53,715 bases of DNA from Clostridia bacterium (GTDB lineage Bacteria > Bacillota > Sulfobacillia > SLMV01): positions 1 through 53,715 of the forward strand of contig PWSR01000147.1 in NCBI GenBank assembly GCA_003563985.1, read 5' to 3'. This document shows positions 27,421-37,208 of the stretch, piece after piece (the stretch's first letter is position 1; each line of letters begins with the position of its first letter). A program made the translations under genes and the position numbers. The notes beneath the pieces are model-generated. The model had not been told where the DNA came from. It did not search any database and saw nothing but the letters and a program-made list of their open reading frames with translations.

Positions 27421-28273
27421 GGGTCTGAAAAGTATTTGGGCCCACGGCCTCATGAGTTTGGCCTCCGTCGGTACGGTGGCGGTATCACTTCTGGTCCTCG
27501 CCGTTTTCTTGGTGGTGGCGGCGAATCTGTCGTACATCGCGGATATCCTGGAAAGCCAGGTCGAGGTGGTTGCCTATTGCCGCCCCGAATTCGACCGCCA
27601 CTGGGAGGAAACCTTGTTGGACAAGGCGCGGGCGATTCCCGGCGTCGGTGAGGTAACTTTCGTGAGCCGAGCGGAAGCCCTGGATCGTCTTCGGGACCAA
27701 TTCGGGACGCAAGCCGATCTCCTCAGTGCAGTGGAACAGGACAATCCACTGCGGGATTCGTTGGAGATCACGGTGGCGAACCCCGACCGAATTGAAGAGG
27801 TTGCCCGGGGAATCGCGGCCATCGATAGCATCGAGGACGTTGCGTATCAGCAGGAAGTGGTTCAGCGGTTATATTCCGTCACCGAAGCCCTCCGAACGGC
27901 GGGGGTGGGCCTCATCTTTTTGCTGGCGGCGGCGACGTTTCTCCTGATCAGTAACACCATACGCCTTACGATTTACGCGAGGCGGGATGAAATCGAGGTC
28001 ATGCGTTTGGTTGGAGCCACGGCGGGTTTTATATGGGGCCCTCTCGTGGTCGAGGGTTTACTCTTGGGACTGATCGGTGCTGGATTGGCGGGCGCGGTCG
28101 TATTCTGGGGTTACTCGGATCTGTTGGAGTCGATCCAGGCGTCGCTTCCGTTCCTGCCGTTGCTGGCAACGCAGCCGTTGATGGGGAACCTGATCCAGTT
28201 GCTGGCGATTACCGGGGGTTTATTGGGACTTCTTAGCAGCTGGTTTTCGGCGCAGAGATACGTACGAATTTAG
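27389..28273 (+). CDS. ftsX: Cell division permease-like protein FtsX
   Basis: N-terminal TM, extracellular domain, and three C-terminal TMs with the FtsX pattern. Overlaps the ftsE end. Confidence 0.9.
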   Translation: MFRLIGRSAVEGLKSIWAHGLMSLASVGTVAVSLLVLAVFLVVAANLSYIADILESQVEVVAYCRPEFDRHWEETLLDKARAIPGVGEVTFVSRAEALDRLRDQFGTQADLLSAVEQDNPLRDSLEITVANPDRIEEVARGIAAIDSIEDVAYQQEVVQRLYSVTEALRTAGVGLIFLLAAATFLLISNTIRLTIYARRDEIEVMRLVGATAGFIWGPLVVEGLLLGLIGAGLAGAVVFWGYSDLLESIQASLPFLPLLATQPLMGNLIQLLAITGGLLGLLSSWFSAQRYVRI

Positions 28274-28285
28274 GAGGGATTGCGC

Positions 28286-29497
28286 GTGGGTGCGCTCGGT
28301 TCTAGAGGGTTCCAGGGGAGATGGGGGCGGGTGGTGGCGGTCGCTGCCACCGCGGCTTTACTACTCACCCTGCTGGGGGGATTCGCTTCGGATCCCGAAT
28401 CGGTTTATGCTTCGACCGGCCAGATTCGCAGGGAGATCGAGGAACTGCGCAACCGCCTCAATAGCATTCAAGGTGATATGAGCCAATACGAGGCGGACCT
28501 GACTCAGATTAAACGCGAGGGACAGGGCGTTACCCAGGAGCTCAGCCAGGCCCAGGTGGAGCTTCGACAGGTGGAAAGCCAATTGGATGAAGCCCTGGTG
28601 TCCCTGCAGTTGGCTGAGATGGAGGTCGCCGAGGCGGAAGACGATCTGCGCGCGGCCCAGGAAGAACTGGACTATCGGACGGATCTCCTCAACGGCCGCA
28701 TTCGGGCCATGTATGAACTGGGAACCGTAAGCTACCTGGAGGTCCTATTATCCGCGGTCAGCTTCGGGGATTTTGTCCGTCGCTTCCAGATGCTGCAGCA
28801 GATCGTGGGGCAGGACGTTAGTATACTGGAGTCGGTGCAGGAGCAGAAAGCGGAGGTGGAATATCGCCGGGAGGTGTGGTTGTCGGAGAAGAAAGATGCC
28901 GAGTACTGGAAGGACCAGGTGGCGCAAAAACGCCAAGAGCTTCGCGTCGAGGTGGCCAATTACGAAACGCGCCTGGATCAGCTGTCCTCCCGGGAACAGG
29001 AATACCTGGACGCCCTCGACGAGATGGAGCGGCGTTCCGAGCAAATCGCCCAAAGCATAACGGAGAAGCAAAAGGAACTCGCCCTGGCAGAGGGTACGCC
29101 GTACCTGAGCTGGCCTCTGTCGCCGGGTACTTTCTGGGTATCGTCTCCCTTCGGCCAGCGATATCATCCCATCCTGGGCCAATGGCGACTACATAGCGGC
29201 ATCGACCTGGCGGCGAGTACGGGGACACCCATCCGAGCGGCCGGGGACGGCGTGGTCCTCGACGCCGGCTGGATGGGAGGCTACGGGTTGGCGGTAATCG
29301 TGGCGCACACTTCCTCCACATCGACGCTGTATGCCCACGCGTCGCAGCTGCGCGTTAATCCGGGAGATCGAGTGGCCCTCGGGGAGACCATTGCACTGGT
29401 CGGCTCCACCGGCTTTTCCACCGGCCCGCACCTGCATTTCGAAGTTCGCGTGAACGGCCAGGTCGAGGATCCGGTCAAGTATTTGCCCGCTCGCTGA
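28286..29497 (+). CDS. Coiled-coil M23 (LytM) peptidoglycan metalloendopeptidase, EnvC-like architecture
   Basis: Signal/TM, a long coiled coil, and an M23 domain with intact HSGIDL (HxxxD) and GPHLHFEV (HxH). GTG 28286 lies 8 nt after GGAGG; the track TTG is at 28280. Confidence 0.9.
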   Translation: MGALGSRGFQGRWGRVVAVAATAALLLTLLGGFASDPESVYASTGQIRREIEELRNRLNSIQGDMSQYEADLTQIKREGQGVTQELSQAQVELRQVESQLDEALVSLQLAEMEVAEAEDDLRAAQEELDYRTDLLNGRIRAMYELGTVSYLEVLLSAVSFGDFVRRFQMLQQIVGQDVSILESVQEQKAEVEYRREVWLSEKKDAEYWKDQVAQKRQELRVEVANYETRLDQLSSREQEYLDALDEMERRSEQIAQSITEKQKELALAEGTPYLSWPLSPGTFWVSSPFGQRYHPILGQWRLHSGIDLAASTGTPIRAAGDGVVLDAGWMGGYGLAVIVAHTSSTSTLYAHASQLRVNPGDRVALGETIALVGSTGFSTGPHLHFEVRVNGQVEDPVKYLPAR

Positions 29498-29514
29498 GCG
29501 GAGACGACGAACTC

Positions 29515-29551
29515 GCCCGACCCATTGATTCCCCGGGTCGGGCTTCCCCTT
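29515..29551 (+). terminator. Candidate intrinsic terminator
   Basis: 9-bp stem: gcccgaccc (29515-29523) pairs with gggtcgggc (29535-29543), followed by ttcccctt. Confidence 0.45.
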
Positions 29552-29565
29552 CCCCCCTACAGGAG

Positions 29566-29593
29566 TTAACCGTTTGCGCGCCTGTGATAGAAT
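29566..29593 (+). promoter_or_regulatory. Candidate promoter for ctp
   Basis: -35-like TTAACC (29566-29571), a 16-nt spacer including the TG, and extended -10 TGaTAGAAT (29585-29593). Confidence 0.45.
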
Positions 29594-29674
29594 AGCTTCT
29601 ACGTCGAGTTTTGCTGGGTAATCGAATCGACCCGGGAGGCGATCAATATCGTTGATGAACCACGCCGGGGCAAG

Positions 29675-30952
29675 GTGATCGTGCTAACGCCTGCCCAAGC
29701 GATCCTAATACTGCTGGCCGTAGTCCTCACCGTCGCCGCCATCGTCTTCGCCATGACCGAAACCGCGGTGCAAGACGGCCTTCCCGAGCCGGTCACAGAG
29801 CCCGGGGAGAATGCGGCGCCCAGCCTGGAGGAATACGAGAACTACGATGAGTTCCTGCGCGCTTACGAGTTGATCATGGAGAATTACGTGGATAGCGGTG
29901 AGGTCACCCCCGAGTCCCTGATGCGCGGGGCGATCCAGGGAATGGTCCAGGGCATCGGGGATCCGTACTCGACCTATTTTGATGCTTCTGCCCTCGAGGA
30001 CCTGCGGCGTCGTACGCTGGATGGGCAGTACTCGGGCATTGGTGTTTCCGTGATCGATATCGATGGTTACGTTACCGTCATGGTTCCCTTCTCGGGAACG
30101 CCCGCGGCGACGACTCCCTTCGAGGGGGCGGGAGAGGACGATGAGCCGGGACTGAGATCCGGGGATCGCATCCTCGAAGTCGACGGGGTGGATGTAGTGG
30201 GGATGTCCACGGAACACGTCGCGGAACTCATCCGCGGTCCCGCCGGAGAACTCGTCGAGATCCGAGTCGAGCGATCCCAAGGGGAGATGGGTTGGGAGGA
30301 ACTGCTGTTCCCGATCGAACGCCGGGAGATCGAGATACCCACGGTGGAATCCCGGGTGTTCGAGTCCGACTTGGGATACCTCAGCATATCGCAGTTTACT
30401 GCTCAAACGCCGGAACAGGTCGCATCTCACCTGGCCGAGCTGGAGGAAGCGGGCATCGTCGGGCTCTTGATAGATCTGCGCAGTAATCCCGGGGGGACCC
30501 TGGAGGAGTCGATCGAGGTGGCCGACCAGTTTCTTTCGCCGGGGCCCGTGGTTATCACCGTCGACCGCGAGGGCGAGAGCACGACCATCGGAGTCGACGG
30601 ACCCGGATACTCGCTCCCCATGATCGTCCTGGTCGATGGATTTAGTGCCAGCGCGTCCGAGATCATCGCCGGTGCCCTGCGAGATCGCGCCGGGGTGGTC
30701 CTGGTGGGAGAGCGCACATTCGGGAAGGGTTCCGTCCAGCGGGTGTACTATCTGGATCGAACGCAGACAACGGGTATGAAGATCACCACACAACGCTATC
30801 TGACGCCCTCGGGATACAGCATCGAGGAAGAAGGAGGGCTCGTTCCCGACGTGGAGGTGCCCTGGTCCGAAGGCGATATAATGGGGGATCCGGAGTCGGA
30901 TCCGCAGCTGAGAAAGGCCCTGGAACTCCTGCGAGAGAGCATTGGTGATTAA
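29675..30952 (+). CDS. S41 carboxy-terminal processing peptidase
   Basis: N-terminal TM, PDZ domain, catalytic FSASASEIIAGAL (Ser) and GERTFGKGSVQ (Lys). Confidence 0.93.
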   Translation: MIVLTPAQAILILLAVVLTVAAIVFAMTETAVQDGLPEPVTEPGENAAPSLEEYENYDEFLRAYELIMENYVDSGEVTPESLMRGAIQGMVQGIGDPYSTYFDASALEDLRRRTLDGQYSGIGVSVIDIDGYVTVMVPFSGTPAATTPFEGAGEDDEPGLRSGDRILEVDGVDVVGMSTEHVAELIRGPAGELVEIRVERSQGEMGWEELLFPIERREIEIPTVESRVFESDLGYLSISQFTAQTPEQVASHLAELEEAGIVGLLIDLRSNPGGTLEESIEVADQFLSPGPVVITVDREGESTTIGVDGPGYSLPMIVLVDGFSASASEIIAGALRDRAGVVLVGERTFGKGSVQRVYYLDRTQTTGMKITTQRYLTPSGYSIEEEGGLVPDVEVPWSEGDIMGDPESDPQLRKALELLRESIGD

Positions 30953-30976
30953 CGGAGGCCCCGATATCCCGGGAGG

Positions 30977-32263
30977 ATGGCATTGGATCTGACCCTGATT
31001 TCCCAATTGGCCGGGCACATCGTCCGCCGGGTGCCCGAAATCGTGATACCGACTACCGTCGGTGGCCTACTATTTTGGGCGGTCATGATATTGGTCTGGA
31101 GCCAGTATCGCCGCCTGGCCACCATGGAGAGACGGATACACGGGTTCGTTCGTAACGATCCCTGGTCCAGCACGGGAACGGCCCTGGTATTCGGGGTAGG
31201 AGCCGGCGTCATCGGCAGCTTGCTTCTCGTCACCCTCGGGATCACCCTGTCTCCCGATGACATCATATATCTCTGGCCCGTCGCGCTGGTGTTACTCCTC
31301 GTCAATCCCCGTCTACTCTGTTTTTCCTATGCGGGTGGATTGGTCTCCGTGGTGCACCTGGTGACCGGGTGGCCCCCCGCGGTGAACCCCGCCGCGATCA
31401 TGGGATTGGTGGCGATTCTTCACCTCATGGAGGGCGTGCTCGTGGCGATCAATGGATACGGGGTCGCCAGCGCTGTGTACCTGCGGAACGGGCGGCGCGA
31501 TGTGGTCGGAGGATATCTCATTCAACGGTTTTGGCCCATACCGATCATGATCATATTTCTCCTCCAGGTGCCGCCCGAATCCATCGCGAGCGGATTCAGC
31601 ATGCCGGACTGGTGGCCATTGATCGGAACCGGGGGCGACCTGGGACCCAATTGGGCCTACGTCATGACGCCGGTCGTGGCAGCCCTCGGGTATTCGGACA
31701 TCGCCCTCACGGAGATGCCGAGTCGGCGCGCGCGGCGGACGGCCCTGCAACTTGTGGTCTTCAGCGTCGCCCTGCTCGGATTGAGCCTGGCCGCCGGTCG
31801 CTGGGGAGGGTGGGTTTGGGCCGCGGCCCTGTTCGGGCCGGTTGCCCACGAGTTGATGATCCGACATTCCAGCGGGCGGGAGATGGACGGGGAACCCCGT
31901 TTCTTAACCGGTCCGGGTGGGGTTATGGTCATGGATCTTCGCCCGGGTGAGCCCGGCGAGAAGATGGGCCTTCGGCCCGGGGACGTGATCCGGAAGGTGA
32001 ATGATATCGAGGTGACCACCCGAGAGGGCCTGCGGCAGGCGGTGGTCGCGTCGGGGTGGTATCTGGAGCTGGGGGTTTTGGGACCGGGCGGCGGGGAACA
32101 CACATTGGAGTCCAACCGTCATCCGCCCGGCCGATCCCTGGGATTGGTCACGGCCCCCGAACCCGGGGATGATCCCCACGTGAACCTTGGCGGCAGCGGT
32201 CCCCTTGGCCGCCTGGGGAAAAGGATGTGGCGGAGGATTCGGGGGAGACGCCCACGCACTTGA
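30977..32263 (+). CDS. Polytopic membrane protein with C-terminal PDZ domain (MinJ-like by architecture and position)
   Basis: Multiple TM helices, then a PDZ domain (GGVMVMDLRPGEPGEKMGLRPGDVIRKVNDIEV). It sits after ftsEX-ctp, as minJ does in B. subtilis. Confidence 0.55.
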   Translation: MALDLTLISQLAGHIVRRVPEIVIPTTVGGLLFWAVMILVWSQYRRLATMERRIHGFVRNDPWSSTGTALVFGVGAGVIGSLLLVTLGITLSPDDIIYLWPVALVLLLVNPRLLCFSYAGGLVSVVHLVTGWPPAVNPAAIMGLVAILHLMEGVLVAINGYGVASAVYLRNGRRDVVGGYLIQRFWPIPIMIIFLLQVPPESIASGFSMPDWWPLIGTGGDLGPNWAYVMTPVVAALGYSDIALTEMPSRRARRTALQLVVFSVALLGLSLAAGRWGGWVWAAALFGPVAHELMIRHSSGREMDGEPRFLTGPGGVMVMDLRPGEPGEKMGLRPGDVIRKVNDIEVTTREGLRQAVVASGWYLELGVLGPGGGEHTLESNRHPPGRSLGLVTAPEPGDDPHVNLGGSGPLGRLGKRMWRRIRGRRPRT

Positions 32264-32278
32264 TCGAACAGGTGTTCG

Positions 32279-34315
32279 ATGGTAAGATTCTCGAAGACGC
32301 GGCGGGGGAACGGAGTTGCTTTGAGCGAATTTCGATTGGTTTCCGAGTATAGGCCCGAGGGCGATCAACCCCAGGCCATAGAGGATATTACCCGGGCATT
32401 CCAGGGGGGTGCCACGGATGTTACGTTGCTGGGTGTGACGGGCTCGGGGAAGACGTACACGGTGGCAAACGTGGTGGAGCGTCTTCAACGGCCCACCCTC
32501 GTCATTGCCCACAATAAGACCCTGGCGGCCCAGCTATGCAGCGAGTTCCGCAGTTTCTTCCCGGACAATGCGGTGGAGTACTTCGTGAGTTACTACGACT
32601 ATTATCAGCCCGAGGCGTACATCCCGCATACGGATACCTATATCGAAAAGGACGCCACGATCAACGACGAGATCGACAAACTGCGTCACTCCGCCACCAG
32701 CGCTCTACTGGAACGGGATGACGTCATCGTGGTCGCCTCGGTATCGTGCATATACGGGCTCGGGTCCCCCGAGGATTATCGTAACCTGGTGGTGTCCCTG
32801 CGCCGCGGAGGCAGGCGGGGGCGCGACGAAATCGTGCGCGCCCTGGTCGACATTCAATACGCCCGAAACGATATCAATTTCGAGCGGGGTACGTTCCGCG
32901 TTCGCGGGGACATCCTCGAGGTATTTCCCGCCTCCTCGGGGGAGAAGGCCGTCCGGATCGAGTTGTTCGGGGATGAGATCGAGCGAATCAGCGAGGTCGA
33001 CACCCTGACCGGCGAAGTCCTGGGCCATCGGGAACACGTGGCGATCTATCCCGCCACGCACTACATCACCGAACGTGCGAAGATGAAGCGGGCCGTGGGT
33101 ACCATAGAGGCAGAGCTGGAGCAGAGGTTGGCAGAGCTTCGCGACGGGGAGAAGCTCCTGGAGGCCCAGAGGTTGGAGCAGAGGACCCGTTACGATATCG
33201 CGATGCTGCGCGAGGTGGGGTATTGCACCGGTATCGAGAACTATGCTCGCCATCTAACCGGTCGGGCCCCCGGCGAGCCGCCCTTTACCCTCCTGGATTA
33301 TTTCCCGGAGGAATTCCTGTGTGTTGTGGATGAGTCGCACCGGACGATACCCCAAATCGGGGGGATGTACGCCGGCGATCGTTCCCGCAAGGAAACCCTG
33401 GTCGGGCACGGCTTCCGGCTCCCGTCGGCCTTCGACAATCGTCCGCTGACCTTCGACGAATTCGTCGCCCACGTCGGGCGGACGATGTACGTATCGGCCA
33501 CGCCCGCGCAATACGAGGTAGAACGAAGCTCCGACGTGGTGGAGCAGATCGTTCGTCCCACGGGTCTGATCGATCCCGAGATCGAGGTCCGCCCCGTGGA
33601 GGGACAGATCGATGATTTGGTGGGCGAAGTTCGAGATCGCATCGGGCGCGGGGATCGCGTCCTGGTTACGACCCTCACCAAGCGGATGGCCGAGGAGTTG
33701 ACCGATTACCTGAAGGATCTCGGCCTGGCGGTGCGATACCTGCACTCCGAGATCGACACGCTGGAGCGGATGGAGATCATTCGAGATCTGCGTTTGGGTG
33801 AGTTCGACATCCTCGTGGGAATTAACCTCCTGCGGGAGGGCCTGGATCTTCCCGAAGTATCCATGGTGTTGATCCTCGATGCGGACAAGGAAGGTTTCCT
33901 CCGCTCGGATATCTCTCTGATCCAGACCACCGGCCGGGCGGCGCGACATGTTGACGGCAAGGTTATAATGTATGCTGATCGTATAACCGGTTCTATGAAA
34001 CGCGCCATCGAGGAGACGTATCGGCGTCGCAGCATCCAGGAAGAATTCAATCGCGAGCACGGGATCACGCCGCGATCGATTCGCAAGGCCGTCGGCGACG
34101 TGATAGAGGCCACGAAGGCAGTTCCCGGGTCGGAAGACTTGGGCGTGAAGAGCCTTTCGGAGGTCCCCGCGGCCCGGGTGCCGGACTTGCTGGTACGGCT
34201 CGAAAAGGAGATGCGAGAAGCGGCCCGCGAGCTGGAATTCGAACGGGCGGCAGTACTGCGGGATATGATCATGGAACTGGAGAATCGGCGTGGTGGGCAG
34301 AACAGGACGGGCTGA
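32279..34315 (+). CDS. uvrB: Excinuclease ABC subunit B
   Basis: GVTGSGKT, helicase motifs, C-terminal UVR motif ([16 protein letters not shown]). Confidence 0.98.
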   Translation: MVRFSKTRRGNGVALSEFRLVSEYRPEGDQPQAIEDITRAFQGGATDVTLLGVTGSGKTYTVANVVERLQRPTLVIAHNKTLAAQLCSEFRSFFPDNAVEYFVSYYDYYQPEAYIPHTDTYIEKDATINDEIDKLRHSATSALLERDDVIVVASVSCIYGLGSPEDYRNLVVSLRRGGRRGRDEIVRALVDIQYARNDINFERGTFRVRGDILEVFPASSGEKAVRIELFGDEIERISEVDTLTGEVLGHREHVAIYPATHYITERAKMKRAVGTIEAELEQRLAELRDGEKLLEAQRLEQRTRYDIAMLREVGYCTGIENYARHLTGRAPGEPPFTLLDYFPEEFLCVVDESHRTIPQIGGMYAGDRSRKETLVGHGFRLPSAFDNRPLTFDEFVAHVGRTMYVSATPAQYEVERSSDVVEQIVRPTGLIDPEIEVRPVEGQIDDLVGEVRDRIGRGDRVLVTTLTKRMAEELTDYLKDLGLAVRYLHSEIDTLERMEIIRDLRLGEFDILVGINLLREGLDLPEVSMVLILDADKEGFLRSDISLIQTTGRAARHVDGKVIMYADRITGSMKRAIEETYRRRSIQEEFNREHGITPRSIRKAVGDVIEATKAVPGSEDLGVKSLSEVPAARVPDLLVRLEKEMREAARELEFERAAVLRDMIMELENRRGGQNRTG

Positions 34316-34344
34316 TTTCGCCCCATACGGGAGGTGGTCACGCG

Positions 34345-37206
34345 TTGGCCAGGGATTTCATCAAGATTCGCGGAGCCCGCGAACACAACCTGAAGAATAT
34401 CGATCTCACCATTCCGCGGGATCGCCTGGTGGTCGTAACGGGTATCTCGGGCAGCGGTAAGAGCTCCCTTGCCTTCGATACCATCTACGCCGAGGGCCAG
34501 AGGCGGTACGTGGAATCGCTGTCCGCCTATGCCCGACAATTTCTCGGGCAGATGGATAAACCCGATGTGGAACACATCGAGGGCCTGTCCCCGGCCATTT
34601 CCATCGATCAGAAGACGACGAGCCATAATCCCCGCTCGACGGTGGGGACGGTCACCGAGATTCACGACTACCTTCGCCTGCTCTTCGGCCGCGTGGGACA
34701 CCCCCACTGCCCCGAGTGCAGCAGGGAGATAACCGGGCAAACCATCGACCAAATGGTGGATCAGGTCATGCAGCTCCCGGGGGCGACCCGCTTCCAAGTG
34801 TTGGCGCCCATCGTGCGGGGCCGCAAGGGCGAACACGAGAATCTCTTGGCGGAGGTGGGGCGCGCCGGATTCATGCGGGTCAGGATCGATGGAGAGGTAT
34901 ACCTTCTAGAGGATGCGCCGGACCTGGATAAGAACCGGCGACACGATGTCGAGATCGTCGTCGACCGCCTGGTCATGAAGGAAGACCTGGCGAACCGCTT
35001 GGCGGATTCCCTGGCCACCGCCCTGGCGTGGGGCGATGGCGTTGCCGTCATCGACGTGATCGACGGCGAGGAAATCGTGTTGAGCGAGCACATGGCGTGC
35101 ATCGAGTGCGGTTACAGCCTGGAGGAACTCTCCCCCAGGATGTTTTCCTTTAACAGTCCGTACGGTGCGTGCCCCGCCTGCGATGGCCTCGGGCACCACC
35201 TCGTGGTCGATCGCGACCTCGTCATACCCGACGCATCCCGTACCATCGAAGAGGGTGCCATCGCGCCCTGGAGCAGCGGGGAATACTATCCGCAGTTGCT
35301 GGCCGCCGCCTGCGAGCACTGGGAAATCCCGAGGGATGTCCCGGTGGAGGACCTGGATCCCGAGCTCCTCCGCGTAATTCTCGAGGGCGGGGGATCGGAG
35401 CGGATGCGTTTCACTTATCGCAACCGGTACGGGCGGGAGAGGAGCCGGACCCGCACCTTCGAGGGGGTTCTATCCAACCTGGAACGCCGCCACCAGCGGG
35501 CTTCGACGGAGAGCAGTCGCGCCCGCATCGAGGATTACATGTCCAGCAGGGCCTGTCCCGCCTGCGGCGGCGCCCGACTTCGTCCCGAGTCCCTGGCGGT
35601 AACCGTCGCCGGCCGGAATCTGGCGGAGATCTCTTCGCTATCCATCGAGGACGCCCACTCGTTCTTTTCCGCTCTCTCCCTGGAGGGCCAGGAGGAGATG
35701 ATATCCCGCGCGATCCTGGTGGAGATCCGGAAGCGACTCAAGTTCATGTTGGACGTGGGCCTGCCCTACCTGACGCTGAGCCGTTCTGCCACCACCCTGG
35801 CCGGGGGCGAATCCCAGCGGATCCGCCTGGCCACGCAGATCGGGTCCGGGCTCGTCGGGGTTCTATACATCCTGGATGAGCCCAGCGTCGGATTGCATCA
35901 GCGGGACAATCGGCGCCTGCTGAATACCCTGGAGAATCTCCGGGACATGGGGAATACCCTGATCGTGGTGGAGCACGATGAAGAGACGATACTCCGCGCC
36001 GATCACGTCATCGACATCGGTCCCGGCGCCGGGGAAGCCGGGGGCCACGTGGTCGCCCAGGGTACGCCGGCGGAGGTCATGGGTCATTCCGAATCGGTGA
36101 CGGGTCGCTTCCTTTCCGGGGAGGAAGGCATCGCCATCCCGTCCGCGCGCCGTGCCCCGGGGGAAGAGTGGCTCACCGTGCGGGGGGTCGCCGAGCACAA
36201 CCTCAAGGGAATGGACGTGGCCATACCCCTGGGATTATTCGTCGGGGTGACGGGCGTCTCCGGCTCCGGGAAGAGCACCCTGATCCACGATATTCTCTAC
36301 CGGAGGCTGGCCCGGGAACTCCACCTCGCGCAGCATCCTGCGGGCGCCCACGAGGCGATCGAGGGATTGGAGCACCTGGACAAGGTCGTGGAGATCGATC
36401 AATCTCCCATCGGCCGGACGCCGCGCTCGAACCCGGCAACCTACACCGGGACCTTCGATTACATCCGGGATATCTTTGCCCGTACCCCCGAGGCGAAGGT
36501 CCGAGGGTTCAACAAGGGTAGATTTAGTTTCAACCTCAAGGGTGGGCGCTGCGAAGCGTGTTCCGGCCAGGGGATCGTTCGGATCGAGATGCACTTCCTT
36601 CCCGACATCTACGTGCCCTGCGAGGTTTGCGGGGGGAAGCGGTACAATCGAGAGACCCTCGAGGTCAAGTACAAGGGAAAGAACATATCCCAGGTACTGG
36701 ATATGAACGTGGAGGAGGCCCACGCGTTCTTCGTCGATATACCGCGGATCGAGCATCACCTCAAGACGCTTCTCGACGTCGGTTTGGGGTACATCCGCCT
36801 GGGGCAACCCGCCACCACGCTCTCGGGCGGGGAGGCGCAGCGGGTGAAATTGGCCTCCGAGCTTTCGCGGCGGTCGAACGGGGGAACCATCTACCTGTTG
36901 GACGAGCCCACCACGGGTTTGCACGCTGCCGACATTCGCCAGCTATTGTCCGTTTTGCAACGGCTGGTCGATGAGGGAGCCACCGTGGTCATAATTGAAC
37001 ACAACCTGGACGTGATCAAGTGCGTGGACCACATCATCGACCTGGGACCCGAGGGCGGCGAAGGCGGTGGAAGGGTGATCGCATCCGGTACGCCCGAAGA
37101 GGTCGCGGGTATCGCCGAATCCCACACCGGCCATTACCTCGGGGAGGTGCTTCGAGCGGGCACCTCCCGCGGCGATTCGCAGCAAGCCGTCGGCTCGGAG
37201 GACTGA
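34345..37206 (+). CDS. uvrA: Excinuclease ABC subunit A
   Basis: Two ABC modules ([22 protein letters not shown]), zinc-finger Cys pairs, [16 protein letters not shown] signatures. Confidence 0.98.
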   Translation: MARDFIKIRGAREHNLKNIDLTIPRDRLVVVTGISGSGKSSLAFDTIYAEGQRRYVESLSAYARQFLGQMDKPDVEHIEGLSPAISIDQKTTSHNPRSTVGTVTEIHDYLRLLFGRVGHPHCPECSREITGQTIDQMVDQVMQLPGATRFQVLAPIVRGRKGEHENLLAEVGRAGFMRVRIDGEVYLLEDAPDLDKNRRHDVEIVVDRLVMKEDLANRLADSLATALAWGDGVAVIDVIDGEEIVLSEHMACIECGYSLEELSPRMFSFNSPYGACPACDGLGHHLVVDRDLVIPDASRTIEEGAIAPWSSGEYYPQLLAAACEHWEIPRDVPVEDLDPELLRVILEGGGSERMRFTYRNRYGRERSRTRTFEGVLSNLERRHQRASTESSRARIEDYMSSRACPACGGARLRPESLAVTVAGRNLAEISSLSIEDAHSFFSALSLEGQEEMISRAILVEIRKRLKFMLDVGLPYLTLSRSATTLAGGESQRIRLATQIGSGLVGVLYILDEPSVGLHQRDNRRLLNTLENLRDMGNTLIVVEHDEETILRADHVIDIGPGAGEAGGHVVAQGTPAEVMGHSESVTGRFLSGEEGIAIPSARRAPGEEWLTVRGVAEHNLKGMDVAIPLGLFVGVTGVSGSGKSTLIHDILYRRLARELHLAQHPAGAHEAIEGLEHLDKVVEIDQSPIGRTPRSNPATYTGTFDYIRDIFARTPEAKVRGFNKGRFSFNLKGGRCEACSGQGIVRIEMHFLPDIYVPCEVCGGKRYNRETLEVKYKGKNISQVLDMNVEEAHAFFVDIPRIEHHLKTLLDVGLGYIRLGQPATTLSGGEAQRVKLASELSRRSNGGTIYLLDEPTTGLHAADIRQLLSVLQRLVDEGATVVIIEHNLDVIKCVDHIIDLGPEGGEGGGRVIASGTPEEVAGIAESHTGHYLGEVLRAGTSRGDSQQAVGSED

Positions 37207-37208
37207 TC

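Noticed and set aside
37020-37208. N-terminal extensions in ORF-track entries that overlap the preceding gene: uvrC from 37020, rapZ from 43629, tkt-C from 22951, nif3 from 14903, the NADK-like gene from 3839, atpZ from 7016 and the PspC protein from 43084.
   Set aside because: In each case the extension is R/G/P-rich and overlaps a well-supported upstream CDS. An in-frame ATG or GTG with a Shine-Dalgarno motif sits right after the upstream stop, where homologous proteins normally begin.
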